Shown here: in pieces, positions 33,394 through 42,647 of the stretch
How the letters are laid out: each line of letters begins with the position of its first letter
Position numbering within the stretch: the stretch's first letter is position 1
Position numbers and translations under genes: made by a program
Origin: an uncultured delta proteobacterium
Lineage (GTDB): Bacteria > Desulfobacterota > Binatia > DP-6
DNA length: 64,000 nt
Direction of reading: 5' to 3'
NCBI GenBank assembly: GCA_963713495.1
Contig: CAVQLX010000015.1
Coordinates: 72,738 to 136,737 of the forward strand
Notes under the pieces: generated by a model
The model's database searches: none
Seen by the model: the letters and a program-made list of their open reading frames with translations, nothing else
What the model was told of the DNA's origin: nothing

Positions 33394-34421
33394 TGCGCCT
33401 GGCCGCGCCCCGGCCGGCCCTCTCCATCGTCGTTCCCGTCTACGACGAGGAGGGGAACGTCGGGCCACTGCACGAGGAGCTCACGCAGGTGGCGCTGAGC
33501 CTCGCGCGCCCCTACGAGCTCGTGTTCGTGAACGACGGCAGCCGCGACCGGACGCTCGAGCGCCTCGAGGACATCGTCGCGCAGGATCCGCAGGTGCGGG
33601 TCGTCGACCTCGACGGCAACTTCGGCGAGGCCGCCGCGCTGTCCGCGGGGTTCGAGGCGGCCCGCGGCCCGGTGGTGGTCACGCTCGACGGCGACGGTCA
33701 GAACGATCCCCACGACATCCCGAAGCTGCTCGCGAAGCTCGACGAGGGCTACGACGCGGTGAGCGGCCGCCGCCGCGCGCGAGAGGGGAAGTTCGTCACG
33801 CGGGTGCTGCCGTCGTGGGTGGCAAACCGGCTCATCGCGCTGGCCACGCGCGTGCCGGTCTACGACTGCGGCTGCGGGCTGAAGGCCTATCGCCGGGAGG
33901 TGGTCGCCGGCGCGCAGCTGCCACGCGGCATGAACCGGTTCCTGCCCGCGATCCTCGGCGTGCGCGCCGGGCGTGTGGCGGAGATCGAGACGAAGGATCG
34001 GCCCCGTGGCTCGGGCAGCTCGCACTACGGGCTGTCACGCGTCGGCGTGGTCTTTCGCGATCTGTTCGCGCTGCCGCTGCTCGTGCGCCGGCCCGCGCCG
34101 GGACACGTGACGGCGGGCGTCTGCGCCTCGGCCGCGGTCGTCCTCGCGGGTCTCTCGATCGCGGTCGCCTGGACGCGGATGGCGGTCCCGGCGGGGCTGC
34201 TCGCGCTCGGCGCGGCCATCGCCGCGGCCATCGGTCACAACGTCGCCCGCTTCGCGGACGCGCAGCGATACGGCGTGTTCCGCGTGAGGAGGATTCTGCA
34301 TGGACGCACAGCACCCGAGCATCGCCATCGTGGGAGTAGGGTACTGGGGAAAGAACCTCCTGCGGACATTCGGCCGGCTCTCCGGCGCACGCGTCACGAC
34401 CCTCTGCGATCTCGACCCTGA
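33393..34421 (+). CDS. GT2 polyprenyl-phosphate glycosyltransferase (ArnC/DPM1-like)
   Basis: The ATG overlaps the DegT stop (TGATG). SIVVPVYDEEGN, DGD...D motif, C-terminal two TM helices. The end may be earlier than 34421 if another indel is present, since it overlaps the next gene by 122 nt. Confidence 0.75.
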   Translation: MRLAAPRPALSIVVPVYDEEGNVGPLHEELTQVALSLARPYELVFVNDGSRDRTLERLEDIVAQDPQVRVVDLDGNFGEAAALSAGFEAARGPVVVTLDGDGQNDPHDIPKLLAKLDEGYDAVSGRRRAREGKFVTRVLPSWVANRLIALATRVPVYDCGCGLKAYRREVVAGAQLPRGMNRFLPAILGVRAGRVAEIETKDRPRGSGSSHYGLSRVGVVFRDLFALPLLVRRPAPGHVTAGVCASAAVVLAGLSIAVAWTRMAVPAGLLALGAAIAAAIGHNVARFADAQRYGVFRVRRILHGRTAPEHRHRGSRVLGKEPPADIRPALRRTRHDPLRSRP

Positions 34422-35319
34422 TCGGCTCGCGGCGGCGCGGGCCGAGCACCCCGGCCTGCGCTGCACGGACGATTTCGCCGCGCTCACCGCACGCGCGGAC
34501 GTCGACGCGATCGTGATCGCCACGCCGCCGTCGCGGCACCACGCCATGGCCCTGGCGGCGCTCCGCGCTGGAAAGCACGTCTGGGTGGAGAAGCCGCTCG
34601 CCCTCGCCGCGGCGGACGGCCGCGAGCTGGTCGACGCCGCCGCGGCCGCCCACCGGGTGCTCTTCGTCGACGAGACTTTTCTCTACGATCCCCTGGTGCG
34701 CGAGATGAAGCGCATCATCGACGACGGCGGTCTGGGCGACGTCATGCATCTCTCCTTCGAGCGCCTGGGCATGGGCCGCATCCGGCGCGACTCGAACGTG
34801 TGGTGGAACTCCGCCCCGCACGATCTCTCGATCCTCTTCCACCTGGTGCCGCGGCCGGTCACGGCCATCCGCGCGCACCAGCACACCTACCTGCAGCCGG
34901 GCATCGCCGACATGGTCACCTGCGACCTCGAGCTCGAGGGCGGCGTGTCGGCGCACATCTACCTGAGCTGGCTGCACCCGGAGAAGACCGCGAAGGTGGT
35001 GGTGGTGGGACGCGAGCGCATGCTCGCCTACGAGGGACGCTTCGAGAAGCGCGGCATCACCCTCTACGACTACACGCTCGACCTGACGCCGCCTCCCCGG
35101 TCGGACCGCGGCGCGGTGCCCATCGTGCCGGTCTCGGCGTTCTCCGGCCGTGTCCTGGAGGTTCCTGCCGGCGACGAGCCGCTCGCGCTCGCCGCAACGC
35201 ACTTCGTCGAGTGCATCCGGGACGGCGTCGAGCCGCTCACCAGCGGCGCCCGCTCGCTCCGCGTCGTCGAGGTGCTCGAGCAGGGCGATCGAGGGGCCAC
35301 GCGCGGGGGCGTCGCGTAG
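34300..35319 (+). CDS. Gfo/Idh/MocA family NAD(P)-dependent oxidoreductase (sugar-nucleotide dehydrogenase-like)
   Basis: RBS GAGGAGG 6 nt upstream of the ATG. SIAIVGVGYWGKN Rossmann motif and EKPLA motif. Confidence 0.85.
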   Translation: MDAQHPSIAIVGVGYWGKNLLRTFGRLSGARVTTLCDLDPDRLAAARAEHPGLRCTDDFAALTARADVDAIVIATPPSRHHAMALAALRAGKHVWVEKPLALAAADGRELVDAAAAAHRVLFVDETFLYDPLVREMKRIIDDGGLGDVMHLSFERLGMGRIRRDSNVWWNSAPHDLSILFHLVPRPVTAIRAHQHTYLQPGIADMVTCDLELEGGVSAHIYLSWLHPEKTAKVVVVGRERMLAYEGRFEKRGITLYDYTLDLTPPPRSDRGAVPIVPVSAFSGRVLEVPAGDEPLALAATHFVECIRDGVEPLTSGARSLRVVEVLEQGDRGATRGGVA

Positions 35320-36327
35320 TGTCCGCCGGCGGCGAGACGCGCCGCCGGATCCTGAGCCTGCTGTCACTCGCGGCCGGACTCTCGTTGCTCGGCTGGCTCC
35401 TGCACCACACCGGCTTCGAACCCGTGTGGCAGCGCCTGCAAGTGCTCGGCTGGTGGGCTCCGCTGGTCTTCCTGCCGTATCTCGTGGTCGCGATCGCCGA
35501 CGCCCGTGGCTGGCGTCTCGCCCTGCCGTCCAGCCACGCGCGGGCGCATCCCGCTTCCGGGCCTGATGCTCACCCGCATGGCCGGCGAGGCGGTGAACAG
35601 CCTCACCCCGGCGGCAGCGCTGGGCGAGCCGGTCAAGGCGTACCTGCTGCGGCCCTGGCGCGTGACGGGATCCGAGGCCTTCGCCTCGGTGGTCATCTCG
35701 AAGACCGCGCTCATCGCCTCGCAGAGCCTCTTCACCGCGCTCGGCATCGCCGCGCTGATGGCGCGGATCGGCCGGCCGCGGCTCGCGCTCGGCTGGCTGG
35801 TGGTCCTCGTGGTCGGCTGCGTGGTCTTCACCATCGCGCTCGTCTGGGTGCAGCATCGAAACCCGGGCGCCACGCTGTGGCGACTCCTGCGGCGCGTGGC
35901 ACCCCGATCCCGGCTGGTCGATCGGCTCGAGCTCGGCAGCGCCGCGTTCGACCACCGGCTGCGCGAGTTCTACAGCGGAGAGCCGCGGACGTTCGTGCGC
36001 GCATCCACCTGGCACTTCACGGGGTGGCTCCTCGGCGTCGCCGAGGTGTTCGTCATGGTGGCCCTGATGGGCCGCTCGGTGTCCTGGCTCGACGCCTTCG
36101 TCATCGAGACGCTGGCGCAGCCCATCCGCGCGGCGTCCATCGTCGTCCCCGCAGGCATCGGGACCCAGGAGCTCGGCGGCGTGTGGCTGTGCACCTTCCT
36201 CGGCATGGCCGAGGCCGACGCCGTCACCCTGTGGATCTTGAAGCGCGCGCGCGAGGTGCTCTTCGACGGCGTGGGACTCGCCTATCTCGCACAGCACGGC
36301 GGCCGGCGCGCGGTCAGGGCGGAATGA
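35319..36327 (+). pseudogene. Flippase-like membrane protein (lysylphosphatidylglycerol-synthase TM region / UPF0104 family), apparent frameshift near 35535
   Basis: GTG overlaps the upstream stop (taGTGt). N-terminal TM region ...LLGWLLHHTGFEPVWQRL...ADARGWRLALP is in frame 0. ...LTRMAGEAVNSLTPAAALGEPVKAYLL... through the end is in frame 1. Confidence 0.6.
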
Positions 36328-37325
36328 CGATCGAGCGGCGGCAGCTCGGGCGGAGCGGCCTCGAGGTGACGCGCCTCGGACTCGGCCTCGCCGCCATCGG
36401 CCGCCCCGGCTACATCACGCTCGGCCGGGCACGCGATCTCCCGGGGCCGCGCAGCCCGGACGCCATGTGGGCACGCTGTGCCGAGGTGCTCGACGCGGGG
36501 CGCGCTGCCGGTCTCCGCTACCTGGACGCTGCGCGGAGCTACGGGCGGGCCGAGGAGTTCCTCGGACGCTGGCTGGTGGAGCGCGGCGTGGCGCGCGACG
36601 AGGTGACGGTCGGCAGCAAGTGGGGCTACCGCTACACGGCGGGCTGGACGGTGGATGCGCCGGTGCACGAGCAGAAGGAGCACTCGGTGGAACGATTCCG
36701 GGGACAGCTCGCGGAGACGCGCGCGCTGCTCGGCGATCGGGTGGACCTGTACCAGATCCACAGCGCGACGGTGGAGTCGGGGGCGCTCGGCGACGCCGCG
36801 CTGCTCGTCGCGCTCGTCGAGGCGCGGCGGCGTGCCGCGTTCCGTGCCGTCGGGGTCACGCTGAGCGGTCCGGAGTCGGCGCGCGCACTCGAGCTGGCGC
36901 TCGCGGCGCGCGTCGACGGCGAGCGTGTCTTCGACGTCGTCCAGGCGACCTTCAACGTCCTCGAGCCGTCGCTGGGTCCGCGGCTCGCGACGGCACACGA
37001 CGAGGGACTGGGCGTGATCGTGAAGGAGGTGCACGCCAACGGCCGGCTCGCCGACACGAACGACCGACCCGACGACCGCGTGCTGCTCGCCGGGCTGCAC
37101 GCGGCCGCGCCCGGAGTGCCGGTCGACCGGCTCGCCGTCGCCTTCGTCCTGGCGCATCCATTCGTCGACGTCGCGCTCTCGGGCGCGGCGACGGTCGCGC
37201 AGCTCGCGTCGCACGCCGCGGCAGCCGGGACGCCCGCGCCGGATGGCGTGCGCGAGCGGCTGGCCGCGCTCGCCGAGCCTCCCGAGCGCTACTGGCGTAC
37301 CCGCGGCGCGCTGCCCTGGAGCTGA
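36324..37325 (+). CDS. Aldo/keto reductase
   Basis: ATGA overlap with the upstream stop. LGRSGLEVTRLGLG...SKWGY...IVKEVHANGRL AKR motifs. Confidence 0.85.
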   Translation: MTIERRQLGRSGLEVTRLGLGLAAIGRPGYITLGRARDLPGPRSPDAMWARCAEVLDAGRAAGLRYLDAARSYGRAEEFLGRWLVERGVARDEVTVGSKWGYRYTAGWTVDAPVHEQKEHSVERFRGQLAETRALLGDRVDLYQIHSATVESGALGDAALLVALVEARRRAAFRAVGVTLSGPESARALELALAARVDGERVFDVVQATFNVLEPSLGPRLATAHDEGLGVIVKEVHANGRLADTNDRPDDRVLLAGLHAAAPGVPVDRLAVAFVLAHPFVDVALSGAATVAQLASHAAAAGTPAPDGVRERLAALAEPPERYWRTRGALPWS

Positions 37326-37987
37326 GCCGCGCGCAGCACGCGCGCGAGGAGCACCAGGGTCACGATCCAGAACACGTGCGCGCCGACCGCGGCCGCCGGC
37401 ACGAGCCACCCGAGGCGGCCCGCGAGCGCGAACGCGACCGGGAAGACGTACCAGTCACGCGTCGTCAGCGGTCCGAGCACCCCGTCGAGCACCCGGTTCT
37501 CCCAGCGCGCCACGCGGCGGCGGCGCGATTCCGTGACCTCGCTCCACGTGATCGCTGCGAAGGCGCCGGCCACGCCGAGGCCGAGCGCCCCGAGGACGGG
37601 CCATCCCGGCACGGGCCCCGACCGCACCAGCCGGCGCACGATGCCGGCGAGCAGCGCGACGGCCACCAGCGTGTCGCCGGCGACGTCGAGCACGTGACCG
37701 AGCCGGGACTCGGCGTGCCGCAGACGCGCGAGCTCGCCGTCGCAGCAATCGAGGATGCCCGACGCGACGAGACACGCGACGCCCGCGAGCACACCCGCCG
37801 CGCCGCCGCTCCCCACCAGCCACCCGCCAGCGACGCCGATCGCCGCGCTCGCGAGCGTGACCGCGTTGGGCGAGATCGGCGTGGGCAGGAGCGCTCGCGT
37901 GAGCGGACGCGCGAGCGGGCGGTAGAGCAGCCGGTCGATGTAGCCGTCGCGCGGGTTGCCCGGGACCGGTTCCGCGCCGCTGGTCAT
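37289..37987 (-). CDS. CDP-alcohol phosphatidyltransferase family membrane protein
   Basis: Signature DCCDGELARLRHAESRLGHVLDVAGD (D-x2-DG-x2-AR...G-x3-D-x3-D) and about 6 TM helices. The ATG overlaps the upstream stop (ATGA). Confidence 0.8.
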   Translation of the reverse strand: MTSGAEPVPGNPRDGYIDRLLYRPLARPLTRALLPTPISPNAVTLASAAIGVAGGWLVGSGGAAGVLAGVACLVASGILDCCDGELARLRHAESRLGHVLDVAGDTLVAVALLAGIVRRLVRSGPVPGWPVLGALGLGVAGAFAAITWSEVTESRRRRVARWENRVLDGVLGPLTTRDWYVFPVAFALAGRLGWLVPAAAVGAHVFWIVTLVLLARVLRAAQLQGSAPRVRQ

Positions 37988-38721
37988 GCGTCGCGGAGCG
38001 CCTCGATGCGCGGCAGCACGTCCCGCTCCGCGCGGACGACGTCGTCCGGAAAGTCGATCTCGATCCACGGCAGGCCGTCGACCCGTTCGAATCCCACCTC
38101 CACCCGTGCCAGCAGCGCGGGGTACACCTCCTCGTGCTCGATGCCGGTGTCGCCGGCCTGCACGCGCGCCTCGAGGAGCTCGCGCAGGAGCGACGCCGCC
38201 GAAGCGGAGAGCTTCAGGAATCCGATCGACTCGCCCATCAGCTCGTACCCGGGCGCGCCGCCGCGCACGATGTCGCGCACCCGGCCGTCGCGCACCAGCA
38301 GCATCTGCTCCTCCCCGGTGTTCTCCTGCGCGGCGTCGAGGAGGAAGCAGTCGGCGTGCGGCGAGCGGACGAGGCGGTCGAGCATCACCTGCGCACAGAG
38401 GACGTCCGCGTCCATGACCAGCACCGCCCGGTCGAGCGCGTCCCGCGCCGTCCACAGCGAGAGGATCGCACCCTCGCGGAAGCGCGTGTTGGTCACGCAG
38501 CGCACGTCGATGCCGCGCACCCCCGCCGCCAGCGCGGCGCGCACGAGATCGTCCCCGAAGCCGGTGACCACCACGGCCTCGCGCACGCCGGCGGCCGCGA
38601 GGCCATCCAGCAGCCGGAGCAGCAGGCTGCGCCCGGCGATCTCGATCAGACACTTCGGCGTGCCGCCCGACGTGCCGAGGAGACGCTTGCCGACGCCGGC
38701 GGCGAGGATGATCGCGGTCAC
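37984..38721 (-). CDS. MobA-like / LicC-type sugar- or headgroup-phosphate nucleotidyltransferase (cytidylyltransferase candidate)
   Basis: VTAIILAAGVGKRL...TPKCLIEIAGRSLL N-terminal NTP-transferase motif. The GTG overlaps the stop of the transaminase (GTGA). Confidence 0.75.
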   Translation of the reverse strand: MTAIILAAGVGKRLLGTSGGTPKCLIEIAGRSLLLRLLDGLAAAGVREAVVVTGFGDDLVRAALAAGVRGIDVRCVTNTRFREGAILSLWTARDALDRAVLVMDADVLCAQVMLDRLVRSPHADCFLLDAAQENTGEEQMLLVRDGRVRDIVRGGAPGYELMGESIGFLKLSASAASLLRELLEARVQAGDTGIEHEEVYPALLARVEVGFERVDGLPWIEIDFPDDVVRAERDVLPRIEALRDA

Positions 38722-39779
38722 GCGGCCGGCGCCTCCAGCGCCTCTCCCAGCGCCGCGAGGAAGCGCGTGAAGTCGCCGCGCGAGAGCGCGCCCATGTTCG
38801 CGACCCGGAACGCCTCCCTGGCGAACGCGCCCTGGCCTTCGTAGATGACGAAGCCGCGCGCCTTCAGGGCATCGTGCAGCGCGGCGTAGGTGCGCCCGGC
38901 GGGGAAGCGAAGCGACGTGATGGTGTTCGAGAGCAGCGCGGAGGGCAGCACGCACTCGAGACCGAGACGCGCGAAGCCCACGCGCAGGAGCGTCGCGGCC
39001 GACGCGTACCGCGCGATGCGTGCGGCGACCGTCTCCTCGAGCAGCTCCGCGAGCGCCTCGTCGAGCGCGTACGCCACCTGCACCGCCGGCGTGAACGGCG
39101 TCGCGTGCGTCACGTAGGTCGCGAGCGAGAGATAGATCGAGCGCCGCGGATACGTGACCAGCCGCGCCATCACCTCGTCGCGCACCAGCACGAACCCGAG
39201 GCCGGGAAACGCCTGGATGCACTTGCCGCTCGTGCCGACGACCAGGTCGCACGCCCCCAGGTCGAGCGCGTCGCCGGCGAGACCGCTCACGGCATCGACC
39301 AGGACGAGCTTGCCGAGCGCGCGCGCACGCTGCGCGATGACGGCGACGGGGTTGAGCAGGCCCGTCGTGGTCTCGTGCTGCACGACGGCGACCGCCTCGA
39401 CGTCCGGCGCGCGCAACGCGTCCTCGACGGCGTCGAGGTCGGGCGCCGACGTCCAGGCCGATCCCACCACGGTGTGCGGGACGCGGGACGCCTCGGCCAT
39501 GGCGGCGATGCGCTCGCCGTAGACTCCGTTCGAGACCACGACCAGCCGGCCGCGCGGCGAGCACACGCTCGTCACCGCCGCCTCGACCGCCGCGGTGCCG
39601 GAGCCGGTGAGCAGCACGGCGGTGAATCCGCCGCGCGGGGCGAACGCCTCGAGCAATCGCGCGCGGACGCGCGCCAGCAGCTCGGCGCACTCGGGCTCGC
39701 GATGACAGATGTCGCCGCGCGCGAGGGCCGCGGTGACCCGGGGGGAGACGTTCACGGGCCCCGGGTTCAGCAGGATCAT
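38718..39779 (-). CDS. Class V (AGXT/PhnW-type) aminotransferase; candidate 2-aminoethylphosphonate--pyruvate transaminase
   Basis: MILLNPGPVNVS N-terminus, fold-type I class V region ...LLTGSGTAAVEAAV... and PLP-lysine region VVGTSGKCIQAFPGLGFV. Function inferred from context with ppm/ppd. Confidence 0.7.
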   Translation of the reverse strand: MILLNPGPVNVSPRVTAALARGDICHREPECAELLARVRARLLEAFAPRGGFTAVLLTGSGTAAVEAAVTSVCSPRGRLVVVSNGVYGERIAAMAEASRVPHTVVGSAWTSAPDLDAVEDALRAPDVEAVAVVQHETTTGLLNPVAVIAQRARALGKLVLVDAVSGLAGDALDLGACDLVVGTSGKCIQAFPGLGFVLVRDEVMARLVTYPRRSIYLSLATYVTHATPFTPAVQVAYALDEALAELLEETVAARIARYASAATLLRVGFARLGLECVLPSALLSNTITSLRFPAGRTYAALHDALKARGFVIYEGQGAFAREAFRVANMGALSRGDFTRFLAALGEALEAPAA

Positions 39780-41299
39780 CGCGGGCCGCTCCGTAGCATC
39801 GCACGCTGCGCCACGCCACCCGCGCGGTTCCAGCGCTCGAGCGCGCGGGCGAGCCGATCGACGCCCGCGGTGATCTCGCGTTCCGGGACGCCCGCGTAGC
39901 CGAGGTGGAGCCCGCGCCGGACGGGAGCGCTCACGTGATAGAGCGAGAGCGGGGGCGCGATCACGTCCTCGGCGCTCGCCGCCAGCGACGCAGCGACGTC
40001 GTCGGCGCCGGCCGCCAGCATCCCGGCGACCTGCATGCCGCCGTCGCGCGCGTCGACCGCGAGGATGCCGTCGAGACGGCGGCGCAGCGCGCGCACGAGA
40101 CGGTCCTGGCGTGACGCGTAGAGCGCGCGCATGCGGCGCACGTGCGCCGCGAAGTGGCCGTCGACGATGAAGTCTGCCAGCGCCGCCTGCAGATCGGCCG
40201 CCACCTGATGGCCGGTGAGCCGGACGGCAACCGTGAAGGCGTCGACCAGCGCCGCCGGGACCACCAGGTAGCCCGCGCGCAGCGCGGGGAACATGGTCTT
40301 GCTGAAGGTCCCGAGATAGACCACGCGGCCCGCCGCATCGAGGCCCTGCATGGCGGCGACCGGACGGCCGGCGTAGCGAAACTCGCTGTCGAAGTCGTCT
40401 TCGAGCACCCAGGCGCCGGCCCGTGCGGCCCAGGCCAGCAGCGTCAGGCGGCGCGCGAGGCTCATCGTGACACCGAGCGGGAACTGGTGTGACGGCGTCA
40501 CGTACACGAGGCGCGCGTCACCGCACGTGCGCGCGCCCGCGTCGACGTCGATTCCCTCGCCGTCGATCGGGACGGGGACGAGGCGGGCGCCCGCGGCGAG
40601 GAGGGCGCCGCGCGCGCCGAGGTATCCGGGATCCTCGATCCATGCCGGATCGCCCGCGTCGAGCAGGAGGCGGCAGGAGAGATCGAGTCCGGCCTGCGAG
40701 CCGGCCACGATGATCACCTGCGACGGGTCGCACGTGACGCCGCGCGCCGGCCCGAGATAGGCGGCGATGGCCTCGCGCAGCGACGGGAGGCCGGTGGCAT
40801 GCGTGTAGCCCAGGTTGCCGCGCGCCGGGAGGCGGGCACGCCGCGCGAGCAAGCGTGCCCAGACGTCGCGCGGAAACAGGTCGACCGCCGGCAAGCCGGG
40901 CTGGAACGCGCGCCGCAGCGGATCGGCCGTCGGGCGGCGCGCCGCGACCATCGCCTCGCCGCGACGCGACAGCCCGGGCGTCGCACCGCGCGGCGCGGGC
41001 GGCACGCGGGTGCGGCGCGCGTGCAGCAGCGTCTCGGGCAGCACCGCGGCGACGCGCGTTCCGTCGCCGACCCGGGACTCGAGATAGCCCTCGGCGACCA
41101 GCTGCTCGAACGCGGTCACCACCGTGTTGCGTGCGGCACCGACGTCGCGGGCCAGCGTGCGGGTCGCCGGCAGGCGGGTTCCGGGGCGTAGCCGCCCGGC
41201 CAGGATCGCCTCGCGCAGCGCGCCATACAGCTGGCGGTGGAGCGGCTCGCCGCCGCGATCGAGGGAGAGGGTCCCGAGGACGGCGCCGCGACGTGGCAT
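39776..41299 (-). CDS. MocR/GntR family transcriptional regulator with a PLP aminotransferase-like effector domain
   Basis: GntR wHTH (LPATRTLARDVGAARNTVVTAFEQLVAEGYL) followed by a fold-type I aminotransferase domain. Internal ATG at 41299 chosen (MPRRGAVLGTLSLDRGGEPLHRQLYGAL). The stop overlaps the transaminase start (ATGA). Confidence 0.8.
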   Translation of the reverse strand: MPRRGAVLGTLSLDRGGEPLHRQLYGALREAILAGRLRPGTRLPATRTLARDVGAARNTVVTAFEQLVAEGYLESRVGDGTRVAAVLPETLLHARRTRVPPAPRGATPGLSRRGEAMVAARRPTADPLRRAFQPGLPAVDLFPRDVWARLLARRARLPARGNLGYTHATGLPSLREAIAAYLGPARGVTCDPSQVIIVAGSQAGLDLSCRLLLDAGDPAWIEDPGYLGARGALLAAGARLVPVPIDGEGIDVDAGARTCGDARLVYVTPSHQFPLGVTMSLARRLTLLAWAARAGAWVLEDDFDSEFRYAGRPVAAMQGLDAAGRVVYLGTFSKTMFPALRAGYLVVPAALVDAFTVAVRLTGHQVAADLQAALADFIVDGHFAAHVRRMRALYASRQDRLVRALRRRLDGILAVDARDGGMQVAGMLAAGADDVAASLAASAEDVIAPPLSLYHVSAPVRRGLHLGYAGVPEREITAGVDRLARALERWNRAGGVAQRAMLRSGPR

Positions 41300-41388
41300 G
41301 GCGCGGGAAGACTTACCTCCATAATGGCTCCACTGGAAAGAGCGAAATGGACCTTCTCGTGGTACCAATCGTGTGCGATGAGGGGCGC

Positions 41389-42048
41389 ATGAATGCGACC
41401 GGCACCTTCGCACAGACCGAGCGGACCCGCGTGCGCCGCCTTCCGCAGCGCGCGTCGTACGACGTCGAGACCGTCCACGGCATCCTGGACGCCGGCCTCG
41501 TCTGTCACGTCGGGTTCGTCGAGGACGGCCGTCCCGTCGTCATCCCGACCGCGTATGCACGCGTCGGCGACACCGTGGTGCTCCACGGCTCGAGCAAGAG
41601 CCGCACGCTGCTCGCCGCCGCCGGGGGCGCAGAGATGTGCGTCACCGTCACGCACCTCGACGGCCTCGTGCTGGCGCGCTCGGCGTTCCACCACTCCGTC
41701 AACTATCGCTCGGTGGTGATCTTCGGGCACGCCGCCGAGGTGACCGATCCGGCGCGCAAGCGGGAGCTGCTGCGCGCGTTCACCGAGCGCCTCTATCCGG
41801 ATCGCTGGAGCGTGGCGCGTCCGCCGAACGAGCAGGAGCTGAAGGCCACGCTGGTCGTCGAGCTGCCGCTGCGCGAGGCCGTCGCCAAGGTCCGGACGGG
41901 CGGGCCGATCGACGACGCGGAGGACATGAGCCTCCCGGTCTGGGCCGGCGTCGTCCCGCTGCGGCTGGTCGCGGGCGCGCCGGAGGCCGCCGAGGATCTC
42001 GCCGGCGCGCCGTCACCCGCCGCGCTGGCGTGGCCGCCGGAGCACTGA
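41389..42048 (+). CDS. Pyridoxamine 5-prime-phosphate oxidase family (FMN-binding split barrel) protein
   Basis: COG3467-like: ...VETVHGILDAGLVCHVGFVEDGRPVVIPTAYARVGDTVVLHGS.... RBS GAGGGG before the ATG at 41389. An alternative start is at 41347. Confidence 0.65.
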   Translation: MNATGTFAQTERTRVRRLPQRASYDVETVHGILDAGLVCHVGFVEDGRPVVIPTAYARVGDTVVLHGSSKSRTLLAAAGGAEMCVTVTHLDGLVLARSAFHHSVNYRSVVIFGHAAEVTDPARKRELLRAFTERLYPDRWSVARPPNEQELKATLVVELPLREAVAKVRTGGPIDDAEDMSLPVWAGVVPLRLVAGAPEAAEDLAGAPSPAALAWPPEH

Positions 42049-42086
42049 CAGAGCGCGCGCGGAGCGCTCGGCGTCGTCGCCCTCGC

Positions 42087-42647
42087 CTAGCGGCGAGGCG
42101 GTCCGAACGTGCGCTCGAAGAGCCCCTCGACGGCGGCGCGCCCGTTGTCGCGCACGAAGCGCGTGCCGGTTCCCGTGAAGTGCGGGTGCGTGATGACGGG
42201 AACCTGCCCCGCCTGCCACGTCTCGCCGGTCCACTGGAACCAGCCGTCCTGATCCTGATCGAACACGTGCAGCCGCTTGTTGAAGAACTTCGCGTACTCC
42301 GCGCTCACGCCGGTTCCGCCGACCACGGTCCCGTCGGGCTGGATCTTCCCCACCAGGAAGATGTCCTGCCCGTTGTTCACCTGATGCCAGATGCTCTGCA
42401 GGACCTTCCGGAAGAGGGGCGTGTCGGGGTAGCGGCGGTTCATCAGCTTGCTGACGTACGTCAGGCTCACGTCGCCGTGCTTCAGCTCGGCACTGGTGAG
42501 CACGCGGATGCCGCGGGTCCTGGCATCACCGTGTCCCTCGAAGGTGAAGTTCACCTCCTCGATGCCGTAGCGCTCCGCGGTCTCGCCGAACGCTGCCTCG
42601 GCGCCCTGGGCGGCACCGCTGAAGAGGATGCATTCCTCGGGCTTCAC
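42087..42647 (-). CDS. Hypothetical protein, possible Rossmann-like (SLOG/DprA-LOG-like) fold; compositionally atypical
   Basis: Intact 186-aa ORF. N-terminal ILFSGAAQGAEAAFGETAERYG resembles SLOG-type nucleotide-binding loops. It is enriched in K/N/F/Q/W relative to its neighbours. Confidence 0.45.
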   Translation of the reverse strand: MKPEECILFSGAAQGAEAAFGETAERYGIEEVNFTFEGHGDARTRGIRVLTSAELKHGDVSLTYVSKLMNRRYPDTPLFRKVLQSIWHQVNNGQDIFLVGKIQPDGTVVGGTGVSAEYAKFFNKRLHVFDQDQDGWFQWTGETWQAGQVPVITHPHFTGTGTRFVRDNGRAAVEGLFERTFGPPRR

